24,000 bases of DNA, taken from NCBI RefSeq assembly GCF_963674485.2, contig NZ_CAXXKW010000002.1. One strand, given 5' to 3'. Shown piece after piece: positions 1-11,683 of the stretch. The DNA comes from an uncultured Methanolobus sp. (GTDB taxonomy: Archaea; Halobacteriota; Methanosarcinia; Methanosarcinales; Methanosarcinaceae). The notes beneath the pieces are model-generated. The model was not told the DNA's origin. It made no database searches and saw only the letters and a list, made by a program, of their open reading frames with translations. Position numbers and translations under genes: made by a program. Positions within the stretch are counted from its first letter, which is position 1; every line of letters begins with the position of its first letter.

Positions 1-987
<987 letters not shown>

Positions 988-1089
988 AAGCAGATCGGCA
1001 CAACGCCGATCACCACTTACCGGTCAGAAATCGAAAAACTGTCAGATCCGAGATAATCTACATGGATTCAAAAAAGGCGAATCCAGGAA

Positions 1090-1162
1090 GGGCTTGTAGA
1101 TCAGTTGGGAGATCGTCGCCTTTGCAAGGCGAAGGCCCTGGGTTCGAATCCCAGCAAGTCCA
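1090..1162 (+). tRNA. tRNA-Ala (anticodon UGC) in the 16S-23S spacer
   Basis: 73-nt cloverleaf folded by eye. Acceptor GGGCTTG/CAAGTCC with the G3:U70 Ala identity pair, D arm GATC/GATC, anticodon stem TCGCC/GGCGA with loop TTTGCAA, T arm CTGGG-TTCGAAT-CCCAG, discriminator A. No encoded CCA. Confidence 0.95.
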
Positions 1163-1278
1163 TTATTTAGTGCACCCGAGAAGTAACTTTCTCGGGGAAG
1201 GATGAAGTGGCCGTAGCAACAGCGGCTGCAATGAGATCGTGTATATGCATGCATATATCAGACGCTCACTGGACAAAG

Positions 1279-4215
<2,937 letters not shown>

Positions 4216-4310
4216 CTTTGTCCAGGCGAAATCTGATATGTGCATGTTTAATATACATGACCTTATGGTAAAGTATAATATGCGATGGATTCATTCATGA
4301 ATCGCTCATT

Positions 4311-4382
4311 GCCAAGGTGGCGGAGCGGCTACGCAATCGCCTGCAGAGCGATTCCATTCCGGTTCGAATCCGGACCTTGGCT
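4311..4382 (+). tRNA. tRNA-Cys (anticodon GCA) between 23S and 5S
   Basis: 72-nt cloverleaf. Acceptor GCCAAGG/CCTTGGC, anticodon stem ATCGC/GCGAT with loop CTGCAGA, T arm TCCGG-TTCGAAT-CCGGA, discriminator U73 (a Cys identity element). No encoded CCA. Confidence 0.93.
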
Positions 4383-4409
4383 TTATCATTACCATTCATT
4401 ATGAGAGAG

Positions 4410-4531
4410 TTTGGCGGCCATAGCGGCAGGGAGATTCCTGTACCCATCCCGAACACAGAAGATAAGCCTGCCAGCGTTCCTTACTGTACTGAAGTACGAG
4501 AGTCTTCGGGAACTCTGGATCGCTGCCAGCT
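4410..4531 (+). rRNA. 5S rRNA
   Basis: TTGGCGGCCATAGCGG...CCCATCCCGAACAC...GTACTG... core. Helix I closes with TTGGCGGC (4411-4418) pairing to GCTGCCAG (4522-4529). Ends are approximate. Confidence 0.9.
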
Positions 4532-4545
4532 CACTCATAAACACT

Positions 4546-4570
4546 AACTTTTTCTAACTGACTTTTTCTA
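4546..4570 (+). terminator. Candidate rRNA-operon terminator: two oligo-T direct repeats ACTTTTTCTA
   Basis: ACTTTTTCTA occurs at 4546-4555 and 4561-4570, directly after the 5S gene. Archaeal termination typically uses oligo-T tracts. This is inferred from position and composition only. Confidence 0.3.
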
Positions 4571-5348
4571 CAACTAATCTATTTGGCTCTGTAGAAATCC
4601 TCATTTTAACGCAAAATATAACCTTGACATACCTGTCAAGGTTATGCACTAATATCTTGAATTTGACCTCTTTTAATTTATTCCAGTACCTTTTTGACCT
4701 TACCTCTTCTCCATGTTTCCTTTTCAGAACAGAGAACATCGTTTCAACCAAGTTTCTATTATGATACAATTCTCTGTCAAATTCCCTCTCCATTTTTCTT
4801 CGATATTTTCCTTTAATCCTCTTCCTTTTTCTTAGTCTCAAAGGAATCATAGCTATTGCATCCAATTGCTCTCTTGTTAGTGAATGTAGCTCTTCTGAGT
4901 CGTAACCTTTGTCCATCACATAGTACTTTGATTTACTAGTTTTATGGCATTGCCGCAGCAATGCCAATGCATGCTTTGCATCATGTACAGGTTTGCCTGA
5001 TATCTTGAAACCAGTAACAATGAACTTTGCAGTATCAACAGAGATACTTGTTTTCAGGAAAGATTTTCGTTTCTTTCCTGTTCTCCAGGAATAGTAATAG
5101 CTACAGTGACCACTAGTAAATCCACTTGAATCAATAGCAGTAACTTCTATTCTTTCGCCATATGAATAAAATAGTTTTAGTGTCTGATGCAATAATCCAT
5201 TGAAGTAGATAGATTTTAGTCTTCTAGTGAATTTGTGAAGTGTAGTAAAATGTGGAACTTGTTTTAGTCCAATCTTTGTTTTAACTTTGTCCATTAATTC
5301 AACAATTTCAACTATATCCCGGTAATCCTCATCAAGATATTCTTTCAA
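4554..5348 (-). CDS. DDE transposase (IS4/IS5 superfamily); likely N-terminally frameshifted, and the stop codon lies outside the IS
   Basis: Candidate catalytic motifs: AIDSSGF (D), [12 protein letters not shown] (D), and a Y-x2-R-x3-E-x6-K signature in [15 protein letters not shown]. The start is TTG with no upstream ATG. The last 9-10 codons (..NRLVVEKVS) and the TAG stop (4554-4556) are encoded by flanking DNA beyond the IR, which ends at 4585. Confidence 0.85.
   Translation of the reverse strand: MKEYLDEDYRDIVEIVELMDKVKTKIGLKQVPHFTTLHKFTRRLKSIYFNGLLHQTLKLFYSYGERIEVTAIDSSGFTSGHCSYYYSWRTGKKRKSFLKTSISVDTAKFIVTGFKISGKPVHDAKHALALLRQCHKTSKSKYYVMDKGYDSEELHSLTREQLDAIAMIPLRLRKRKRIKGKYRRKMEREFDRELYHNRNLVETMFSVLKRKHGEEVRSKRYWNKLKEVKFKILVHNLDRYVKVIFCVKMRISTEPNRLVVEKVS
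4577..4584. repeat. Target-site duplication, left copy (ATCTATTT)
   Basis: The 8 bp abutting the left IS terminus are identical to 5586-5593, which abut the right terminus. Confidence 0.85.
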
Positions 5349-5585
5349 TAAAACAATGTCAAAAGTTGGTGCTGTGTATATTTCCTTTTAGAATATTTGC
5401 AACTATAGATCTGAAGGTGCGAGTTTCCTGATACAGCCAGCGCTGTATCAACAAACTTTAAGTACTTATTAGACAGAACACAATCATCCCCTTTGTGTTT
5501 TCTTGTGGTGAGTAATACTCAGGGGATTTATCCTTTTTAAATTATTATGTCAAAATAAAATTGAAAGTAGGTTTTCTACAGAGCC
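4585..5585 (-). mobile_element. Insertion sequence, 1001 bp, IS5-family-like (ISH1-group-like by size and 8-bp duplication)
   Basis: The terminal inverted repeats GGCTCTGTAGAAATCC (4585-4600) and the reverse complement of 5570-5585 (GGCTCTGTAGAAAACC) match at 15 of 16 positions. They are flanked by a perfect 8-bp direct repeat, ATCTATTT. The element carries one DDE/YREK transposase ORF and looks visibly more AT-rich than its flanks. Confidence 0.88.
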
Positions 5586-5593
5586 ATCTATTT
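5586..5593. repeat. Target-site duplication, right copy (ATCTATTT)
   Basis: Identical to 4577-4584. Confidence 0.85.
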
Positions 5594-5656
5594 GTTTTAT
5601 TATGTTAATTATCACTCTTACTTTCTTCTGATTATGAATGCGTATAGCAATTTTAT

Positions 5657-6316
5657 TTATGTCTTTATATTTCTTCCAAGAGCCTCATTGACATCATTTA
5701 TCAAATCTGCCCTGGTAACCAGTATAAGTTCATCCTTTTCATGTAATTTAGGATCTTTTTCTGCAAGGATGAATTCATCTTTGCGATAAATGCCTATGAA
5801 TGCACTATTTTCAGGTAACGATATCTCTGATAATTTCATATCCATTATCTGGTCGGTAGCCATTACCCCCATAAAACGAACATCAGAACGCACCAGATTA
5901 CTCAGTTCAATTGTGTTAATACCTCTGAGGACATCTGAGATGTATCTGGAAGATATGCTTGAGGGGTTGATCATATAATAAAAGCCAAGCTTGTTTGCAA
6001 TATCCATGAATTGCTTGTCATCTATCTTCAGAATAACTTTCCCAACTTTGGCATCTCTGGCTATTAGTCCGATGAGGATATTATTCTGATCAATGTTTGT
6101 ACAGGCAACAACTGCATCTGCATTAGATATGTCTGCTTTTTCTAAAATATCCGGTCTTGTGCCTTCAGCATTTATAACTGTACAATCCAGGGTCTCTGCT
6201 AGCTCTTTGGCTATTGACTCATCTTTCTCTATCAGTATGACCTCTTTGCCCTGCTGGATCATATTTTTTGTGAGATTTATTCCCAGTGAACCGGCACCAA
6301 CTACAATTACTCTCAT
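5657..6316 (-). CDS. trkA: Trk-type K+ uptake regulatory subunit TrkA (RCK: TrkA-N NAD-binding plus TrkA-C)
   Basis: N-terminal Rossmann motif MRVIVVGAGSLG...VILIEKD. The 219-aa two-domain layout is typical of archaeal TrkA. Its ATG overlaps the trkH stop by 4 nt (6313-6316). Confidence 0.85.
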   Translation of the reverse strand: MRVIVVGAGSLGINLTKNMIQQGKEVILIEKDESIAKELAETLDCTVINAEGTRPDILEKADISNADAVVACTNIDQNNILIGLIARDAKVGKVILKIDDKQFMDIANKLGFYYMINPSSISSRYISDVLRGINTIELSNLVRSDVRFMGVMATDQIMDMKLSEISLPENSAFIGIYRKDEFILAEKDPKLHEKDELILVTRADLINDVNEALGRNIKT

Positions 6317-7770
6317 ATTTTAACATTCCTTTTATTTGCTCTTTTTCTTTTTATCCATGTTCCCGGCATGAACAGCAATATCAATGGTATTATCTCAATT
6401 CTTCCAAACAACATGTCAATGATCAGTACTAACTTAAGGATGACAGGCATCGCAGCATTTGTAACTCCTGCAGAAAGTCCGACAGTGCTCAAAGCACTTG
6501 ATACTTCGAAAACTGAACTGTTAGTGTTCACTCCATAGGTCATAAAAACAAAAGACGATACAACCAGTATCAAAGTGTAAAGCAGCATGAAAGTCACAAG
6601 ATTGTAGATTTCATCACTCTCTACAATGTGGTCCTCTATTTTTATTGGTGTAATAGTCTCTCTGGGAAGGAACAATCTCAATAATACATTATGTACTACT
6701 TTAAATAGCAAAAGGACCCTGAACACTTTAATTCCGCCTGCGGTGGATCCTACATTACCTCCTATCCACATCATAAATATCAACACAGCTTTGGAAGCAT
6801 CAGATAATATAGAAAGGTCTACTGTAGAAAAACCTGCTGTGCTAACTGCAGATATTACCTGGAAAAGACTTTCCTTGATTAAATTGTACTCCATATCTTC
6901 TTTTGCAAGAGTAAAAGCAAAAAGAATTGCTCCTATAGTTGTAAAGACCAGGAAAGCCCTAAGTTCCAGGTTTTTGAAGAATTTCTCTGGCTTCTTGAAA
7001 AGATAGGGATAAAGTACAAAACTAACCGCTCCCAGAAGACACGATATGCTAACAGCTGCAGGTATCATGCTTCCCTGATATGCACCTATGCTTTCAGCAC
7101 GTGTTGAAAATCCGCCGGTTGATACACAACAAAGGGCGTGGCATATAGAATCAAACAGGGACATACCACTCATTAAAAGCAATACTATGGAAACCAATGT
7201 TATAATTATATAGACTTTTCCAAGTGTACGGGTGGTGGCTATGACAGTTGGTTTGATCTTCATATCTCCATAGTTTGCCTTGTACATCCTGGATGCGGTA
7301 GTTCCCGGACTGATAAGGACAGAGAGCACCACAAGGATTATTCCTATTCCGCCCACCCACTGGCCCCAGGAACGTGCAAAAAGGAACACCGGTCCGACAT
7401 CTGCCGGTGCAACACTGAGACCTGTTGTCGTAACAGCTGACACACTTTCAAAATAAGCATCTATAAAAGGCATTCCTGTTGTAAGCGACATTGGGATTGC
7501 ACTAAGAAGTGCAGAGATCGGGAAAACCAGTGCAACAATGATGAGTGCTTCTTTTGTTTCAAGTTCATAGTCGGGAAGGGCTCGATAGACAATCGTTCCA
7601 ATAATAAAAACTGCTATAGCAGTACTTCCATAATCTATGGCAGCTTCTATATTTCCAAGGATCAACGCAGCAATTGTCGGAACAATCAGGACAAAAGTGA
7701 AAGCTATGAGATAATATCCCATGTACTTTGCCACAGCTTTTTGGTTAACAGGGGAGTGTAGCTCGTACAT
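6313..7770 (-). CDS. trkH: Trk/Ktr-type K+ transporter membrane subunit TrkH
   Basis: 485-aa polytopic membrane protein with repeated pore-loop-like segments (TTTGLS, STGGFS, STAGFS, STVGLS), as expected for the four M1-P-M2 repeats of TrkH/KtrB. Translationally coupled to trkA. Confidence 0.85.
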   Translation of the reverse strand: MYELHSPVNQKAVAKYMGYYLIAFTFVLIVPTIAALILGNIEAAIDYGSTAIAVFIIGTIVYRALPDYELETKEALIIVALVFPISALLSAIPMSLTTGMPFIDAYFESVSAVTTTGLSVAPADVGPVFLFARSWGQWVGGIGIILVVLSVLISPGTTASRMYKANYGDMKIKPTVIATTRTLGKVYIIITLVSIVLLLMSGMSLFDSICHALCCVSTGGFSTRAESIGAYQGSMIPAAVSISCLLGAVSFVLYPYLFKKPEKFFKNLELRAFLVFTTIGAILFAFTLAKEDMEYNLIKESLFQVISAVSTAGFSTVDLSILSDASKAVLIFMMWIGGNVGSTAGGIKVFRVLLLFKVVHNVLLRLFLPRETITPIKIEDHIVESDEIYNLVTFMLLYTLILVVSSFVFMTYGVNTNSSVFEVSSALSTVGLSAGVTNAAMPVILKLVLIIDMLFGRIEIIPLILLFMPGTWIKRKRANKRNVKI

Positions 7771-7877
7771 ATATTATAATGATTCCTGTTACATTATAAA
7801 TTATATCATGAAATATTCCTTCTGTTCATCTTTCATTTGAGATTGTAACTTCTTAGTTTAGGTTCCTGAAAGGAAGC

Positions 7878-7887
7878 TTAAATATAT
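7878..7887 (+). promoter_or_regulatory. Candidate TATA box for tgtA (TTAAATATAT) with a purine-rich BRE-like sequence upstream
   Basis: The centre lies about 27 nt upstream of the ATG at 7910, and there is no Shine-Dalgarno motif in between. This is consistent with a leaderless or near-leaderless archaeal transcript. Based on position and composition only. Confidence 0.3.
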
Positions 7888-7909
7888 CTTAACTATCATC
7901 TAAAAGCTC

Positions 7910-9379
7910 ATGTCATCACAATTTGATATAATTCATAAGGATGCAGCAGGGCGTATTGGTAAGCTGACAACCCCGCATGGAGTGGTTGAAACTCCTACTG
8001 TAATGCCTGTCATTAATCCTAATATCCAGACAGTAAAACCCTCTGAGATGAGGGAATTCGGTGCTGAGATACTTATCACCAACTCATATATCATCTATCG
8101 TAAGGATGAATTAAGGGAAAAGGCACTGAAAGATGGTCTGCATGCATTACTCGATTTTGACGGTCCCCTTATGACAGACTCTGGTTCATTCCAGCTATCG
8201 GTCTATGGTGAAGTCGAGGTCACAAATGAAATGATAATCAATTTCCAGCAGAAGATAGGAACAGACATAGGCGTTCCTCTTGATATTCCTACACATCCTG
8301 ATGTGTCTTATGAAAAGGCAAAGGAAGATATGGATATCACAATACAGCGTCTTAAGGAAGCAAGGGAACTTGTGAAAGGTGACATGCTTCTGGCAGGTCC
8401 TGTGCAAGGTGCTATTTACAAGGATCTCCGTGAGGAGTGTGCCCGTGAGCTTTCAGAGGTAGGCTTTGATGTATATCCATTTGGAGCTGTGGTCCCATTG
8501 ATGGAGTCCTATCGCTATGCTGATCTTGTAGATGTAATTGCTTCCGCTAAAAAAGGCCTCGACCCCACAGCACCTGTCCATCTGTTTGGTGCAGGACACC
8601 CGATGATGTTCGCATTGGCAGTTGCTCTTGGATGTGATCTTTTCGATTCTGCTGCATATGCTCTTTATGCGAAGGACAGGCGTTACATCACTTCAAGAGG
8701 AACATATCATGTAGACCAGCTTAAGTATCTGCCATGCTCATGTCCTGTATGTCTGGCTCACACAGCGGAAGAATTGAAAAAGGCTCACAACTGCACCGAG
8801 CTTCTTGCCAGGCACAACCTCTATGTAACTTTTGAAGAGGTTCGTGAGGTCAAGCAGGCCATATGGGAAGGCAACCTCCTTGAGCTTGTGGAGCAGAGAT
8901 GCCGGGCTCATCCAAGGATGCTTGAAGCCCTTAAGCAGATGTATACATATTCTCCATGGCTGGAGCAGTGTGATCCATCATCCAAATCCACATTATTCTA
9001 TTGTGGTCCAGAGTCTGCCAGACGTCCGGAAGTCCTGCGTTTCAACAGGCAGCTTGAAAGGTTTACCATAGAAGGTTCGGCTTTGATACGGGCTTACCCG
9101 ACAAAGAGGGACAGTGATTATGACAACGTCCTGATATTCAAACCACCATTCGGGTCTTACCCGCAGGAACTTGCAGAGGTCTATCCGTTCAATGCTGAAG
9201 TTGTAAGGACTCCTGATTATGAATCCCTTGAGAGTGCTTATGAGAACACCATCAGGCTTGTGGAACTGAACCCTAAGGCAACATTCACTTTCCTGATGCA
9301 GGATAAATTAGAGCATCCTCTTGTAGAAAAACTTGAAAAGATGGATAACTTTACAGTTATCTCTTCCCAGAAAGAGTAA
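7910..9379 (+). CDS. tgtA: Archaeosine tRNA-guanine transglycosylase (ArcTGT), short form apparently lacking the C-terminal PUA domain
   Basis: N-terminus FDIIHKDAAGRIGKLTTPHGVVETPTVMPV, catalytic MTDSGSFQ, and the zinc site CSCPVC...H are all typical of the TGT family. At 489 aa it is roughly 90 aa shorter than my recollection of the PUA-containing Pyrococcus enzyme (about 580 aa). Confidence 0.9.
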   Translation: MSSQFDIIHKDAAGRIGKLTTPHGVVETPTVMPVINPNIQTVKPSEMREFGAEILITNSYIIYRKDELREKALKDGLHALLDFDGPLMTDSGSFQLSVYGEVEVTNEMIINFQQKIGTDIGVPLDIPTHPDVSYEKAKEDMDITIQRLKEARELVKGDMLLAGPVQGAIYKDLREECARELSEVGFDVYPFGAVVPLMESYRYADLVDVIASAKKGLDPTAPVHLFGAGHPMMFALAVALGCDLFDSAAYALYAKDRRYITSRGTYHVDQLKYLPCSCPVCLAHTAEELKKAHNCTELLARHNLYVTFEEVREVKQAIWEGNLLELVEQRCRAHPRMLEALKQMYTYSPWLEQCDPSSKSTLFYCGPESARRPEVLRFNRQLERFTIEGSALIRAYPTKRDSDYDNVLIFKPPFGSYPQELAEVYPFNAEVVRTPDYESLESAYENTIRLVELNPKATFTFLMQDKLEHPLVEKLEKMDNFTVISSQKE

Positions 9380-9537
9380 AGTCAATTCTCTATCAAAAAG
9401 GAAATAAAACCTGGTTATCATTTGATACTCTGGTTCTTATTGTCCAATTCTTTTTTATTTTATACCTGTCCGACTCATTTTTAGTCCGACCACCCTAATA
9501 CTAATATACGATACTGGAAATTAGGAGCTATAATCTA

Positions 9538-10497
9538 TTGGTGATGATATACTTGGTTTCGACTTCAGGCTCAAAAACACGGAATCCTTATCTTGAATTG
9601 TTAAGGCCGGAAATAGCGGATATGGATTTTGCCCTTCCTGCTGCAAGTGCTTTGCTGGCATCCTATCTTGCAATAGGGGCACTGCCAGATCCGATTCTTT
9701 TCATAATAGCGGTTATCGGGGGCTACGCAGCGATAACAAGTTCCTATGTATATAATGACTGTTGTGATGTCGATATAGATCAGATTAATCTTCCAAACCG
9801 CCCGTTGGTGTCTGATAAACTAAGTCGCGGACAGGCTATGAAGTATGCAGGGCTGTTATTTTTAATAGCAAGTGTGGCAGCTCTCTATCTGAATCCTGAA
9901 TCTTTTGTGGTATTGGTGATAGCAGTCGTCACTATAAGTATATACTCAAAACTTGCAAAAAGACTGACATTTCTTAGTTTCGTACCTGTGGGAATAGCTT
10001 ACGGGCTTGTACCTATAGGTATCTGGCTGGCATTCAATCCGGCAGGAATTCTCAGGAATCCCGATTATGGTTCCATACTTCCTCTGCCTGCCATATTCCT
10101 TGGCCTAATGATGTGTTTCACTGACTGGGGTTTCACATTGTCCGGTGTGGCAAGGGATGTGGAAGGCGACAGAGCCAGAGGCGCACCGACATTTCCGGTG
10201 ACATTCGGAGTTCCAGCAACCTCTAAGTTTGTAACTATCATGTGGGTTGTAGGTGTCATAGCCTCAATTGCCATCGGATTGACTGCAAAGATAGGGCCCA
10301 TATATTTTGCAGGTGCACTGCTTGCAGGTGGGTGGATGCTCACGCAGTCATTTGATTTTATAAAGAACCCGACACATGAACGTGGAGGAAGGCTATTTCT
10401 CCAGGGCTCCAGATACAGGGGTCTCATGTTTGGTTCTCTCATACTTGATGTAATACTTTGCATACTTGTTCCGGCATATTCCGGTATATTATGGTAA
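9538..10497 (+). CDS. UbiA-family aromatic/glyceryl polyprenyltransferase (integral membrane)
   Basis: First Asp-rich motif NDCCDVDIDQINLPNRPL, second motif DVEGDRARGAPTFPV, and multiple hydrophobic helices. In-frame starts are TTG 9538, GTG 9541 and ATG 9544, with AGGAG at 9523-9527. Confidence 0.8.
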   Translation: MVMIYLVSTSGSKTRNPYLELLRPEIADMDFALPAASALLASYLAIGALPDPILFIIAVIGGYAAITSSYVYNDCCDVDIDQINLPNRPLVSDKLSRGQAMKYAGLLFLIASVAALYLNPESFVVLVIAVVTISIYSKLAKRLTFLSFVPVGIAYGLVPIGIWLAFNPAGILRNPDYGSILPLPAIFLGLMMCFTDWGFTLSGVARDVEGDRARGAPTFPVTFGVPATSKFVTIMWVVGVIASIAIGLTAKIGPIYFAGALLAGGWMLTQSFDFIKNPTHERGGRLFLQGSRYRGLMFGSLILDVILCILVPAYSGILW

Positions 10498-10522
10498 TAA
10501 TTAGGTGTTTACGAGGTTCAAA

Positions 10523-11680
10523 ATGGATGCAGATATCATTGTAATAGGGGCTTCCCCGGCAGGGGTCATGGCAGCACGGAATGCATCGGCTAAAGGCTGC
10601 AAAGTAATCCTTCTCGATAAAAAAGAAGCTGCAGGTGTACCTACCCATCCGGCAAACACTTTTTTCAAAGGGATGTTTGATCGCACAGGTGAGGAAGTTG
10701 ACCAGAGTTATGTTATCAAGAATCTCAAAGGTGCCTACATAATAGCACCATCCGGCAGGAATGTCATTTTTGAGGGGGATGCTTATTTCCTTGACAGGAA
10801 GAAATTTGATGAGTTTTACATTCGCCATGCAAAAGAAGCAGGTGCAGACGTTCGCTTCGGAATCGAAGTTCTCAATGTTCTCCGGGTCGATGGCGGTTTC
10901 ACAGTAAGCACCTCAAAGGGCAAGATCAAGTGTAAGCTCGTTATTGTTTCAGATGGTATAAACTCCCGGATAGGTGCCCTTCTGGGTATGATACCTATCA
11001 AATACCCTCAGGACATTGCCTGGTCCCTTGAAGCAGAGATCGAAGCTGAAGGCATTGGTGAGCCCGATATGTTCGAATATTACGTGGGCAACCATGCACC
11101 AGGATGGAAATCCACTTATTCCCCATGTGGTGGTAATAGGGCAACACTTGGTATGTATGTCCGCAGGCATGGCAAGGATGTTTCTGATTTCTTCGATGCA
11201 TGGCTTGAAAAGTTCAAGACATTAAAGGGGCTTGATGAAGTAAAGATCATCAGTAAATCCGTAGGTGGTGATCCTATAGTTGCAATTCCAGGTGAGATAG
11301 TCGCCGACGGTGTAATGATAACGGGTGGTTCTGCTGCCCAGTCAGGTATAGGATACGGCATGCATGCAGGACAGATGTGTGGTGATGTTGCTGCCGATGC
11401 AATTGCAAAAGGTAATCTGTCAAAAAGCTTCCTTTCCGAATATAGGAAACGCTGGAATGCCGCATACAGGACTGAGTACTACCTTGGAAGGTTTGCCATG
11501 GAGACTCTCAGGAAAATGACTGACAAGGAGATCGATGAGCTTATGAAGGTCTTTGAAGGAGAGGACTTGAAGGTCCTTGGCGGAAGTCCTTTCAACCAGG
11601 CATTACAGGTATCAAAAATGATATTGAAAAATAACCCTTCATCCATACTTTCATACAGGGCTATCTTCAGGACGAAGTGA
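10523..11680 (+). CDS. FAD-dependent oxidoreductase, geranylgeranyl reductase family (divergent)
   Basis: N-terminal dinucleotide fold MDADIIVIGASPAGVMAA...VILLDKKE, with overall GGR-like length. The usual GDAAG-type motif reads GGSAAQ, and the PCGG motif sits at an unusual position (YSPCGGN). I prefer ATG 10523 (GAGGT lies 6 nt upstream) to the track start GTG 10505. Confidence 0.75.
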   Translation: MDADIIVIGASPAGVMAARNASAKGCKVILLDKKEAAGVPTHPANTFFKGMFDRTGEEVDQSYVIKNLKGAYIIAPSGRNVIFEGDAYFLDRKKFDEFYIRHAKEAGADVRFGIEVLNVLRVDGGFTVSTSKGKIKCKLVIVSDGINSRIGALLGMIPIKYPQDIAWSLEAEIEAEGIGEPDMFEYYVGNHAPGWKSTYSPCGGNRATLGMYVRRHGKDVSDFFDAWLEKFKTLKGLDEVKIISKSVGGDPIVAIPGEIVADGVMITGGSAAQSGIGYGMHAGQMCGDVAADAIAKGNLSKSFLSEYRKRWNAAYRTEYYLGRFAMETLRKMTDKEIDELMKVFEGEDLKVLGGSPFNQALQVSKMILKNNPSSILSYRAIFRTK

Positions 11681-11683
11681 ACG

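Noticed and set aside
6093-7006. Plus-strand ORFs of 76 and 126 aa antisense to trkA and trkH. Similar antisense ORFs occur in tgtA, the UbiA/GGR/rSAM genes, the stressosome genes, mtd and the PK_C-like gene.
   Set aside because: Each is fully contained in a longer ORF on the other strand that has clear family motifs. No independent signals support them.
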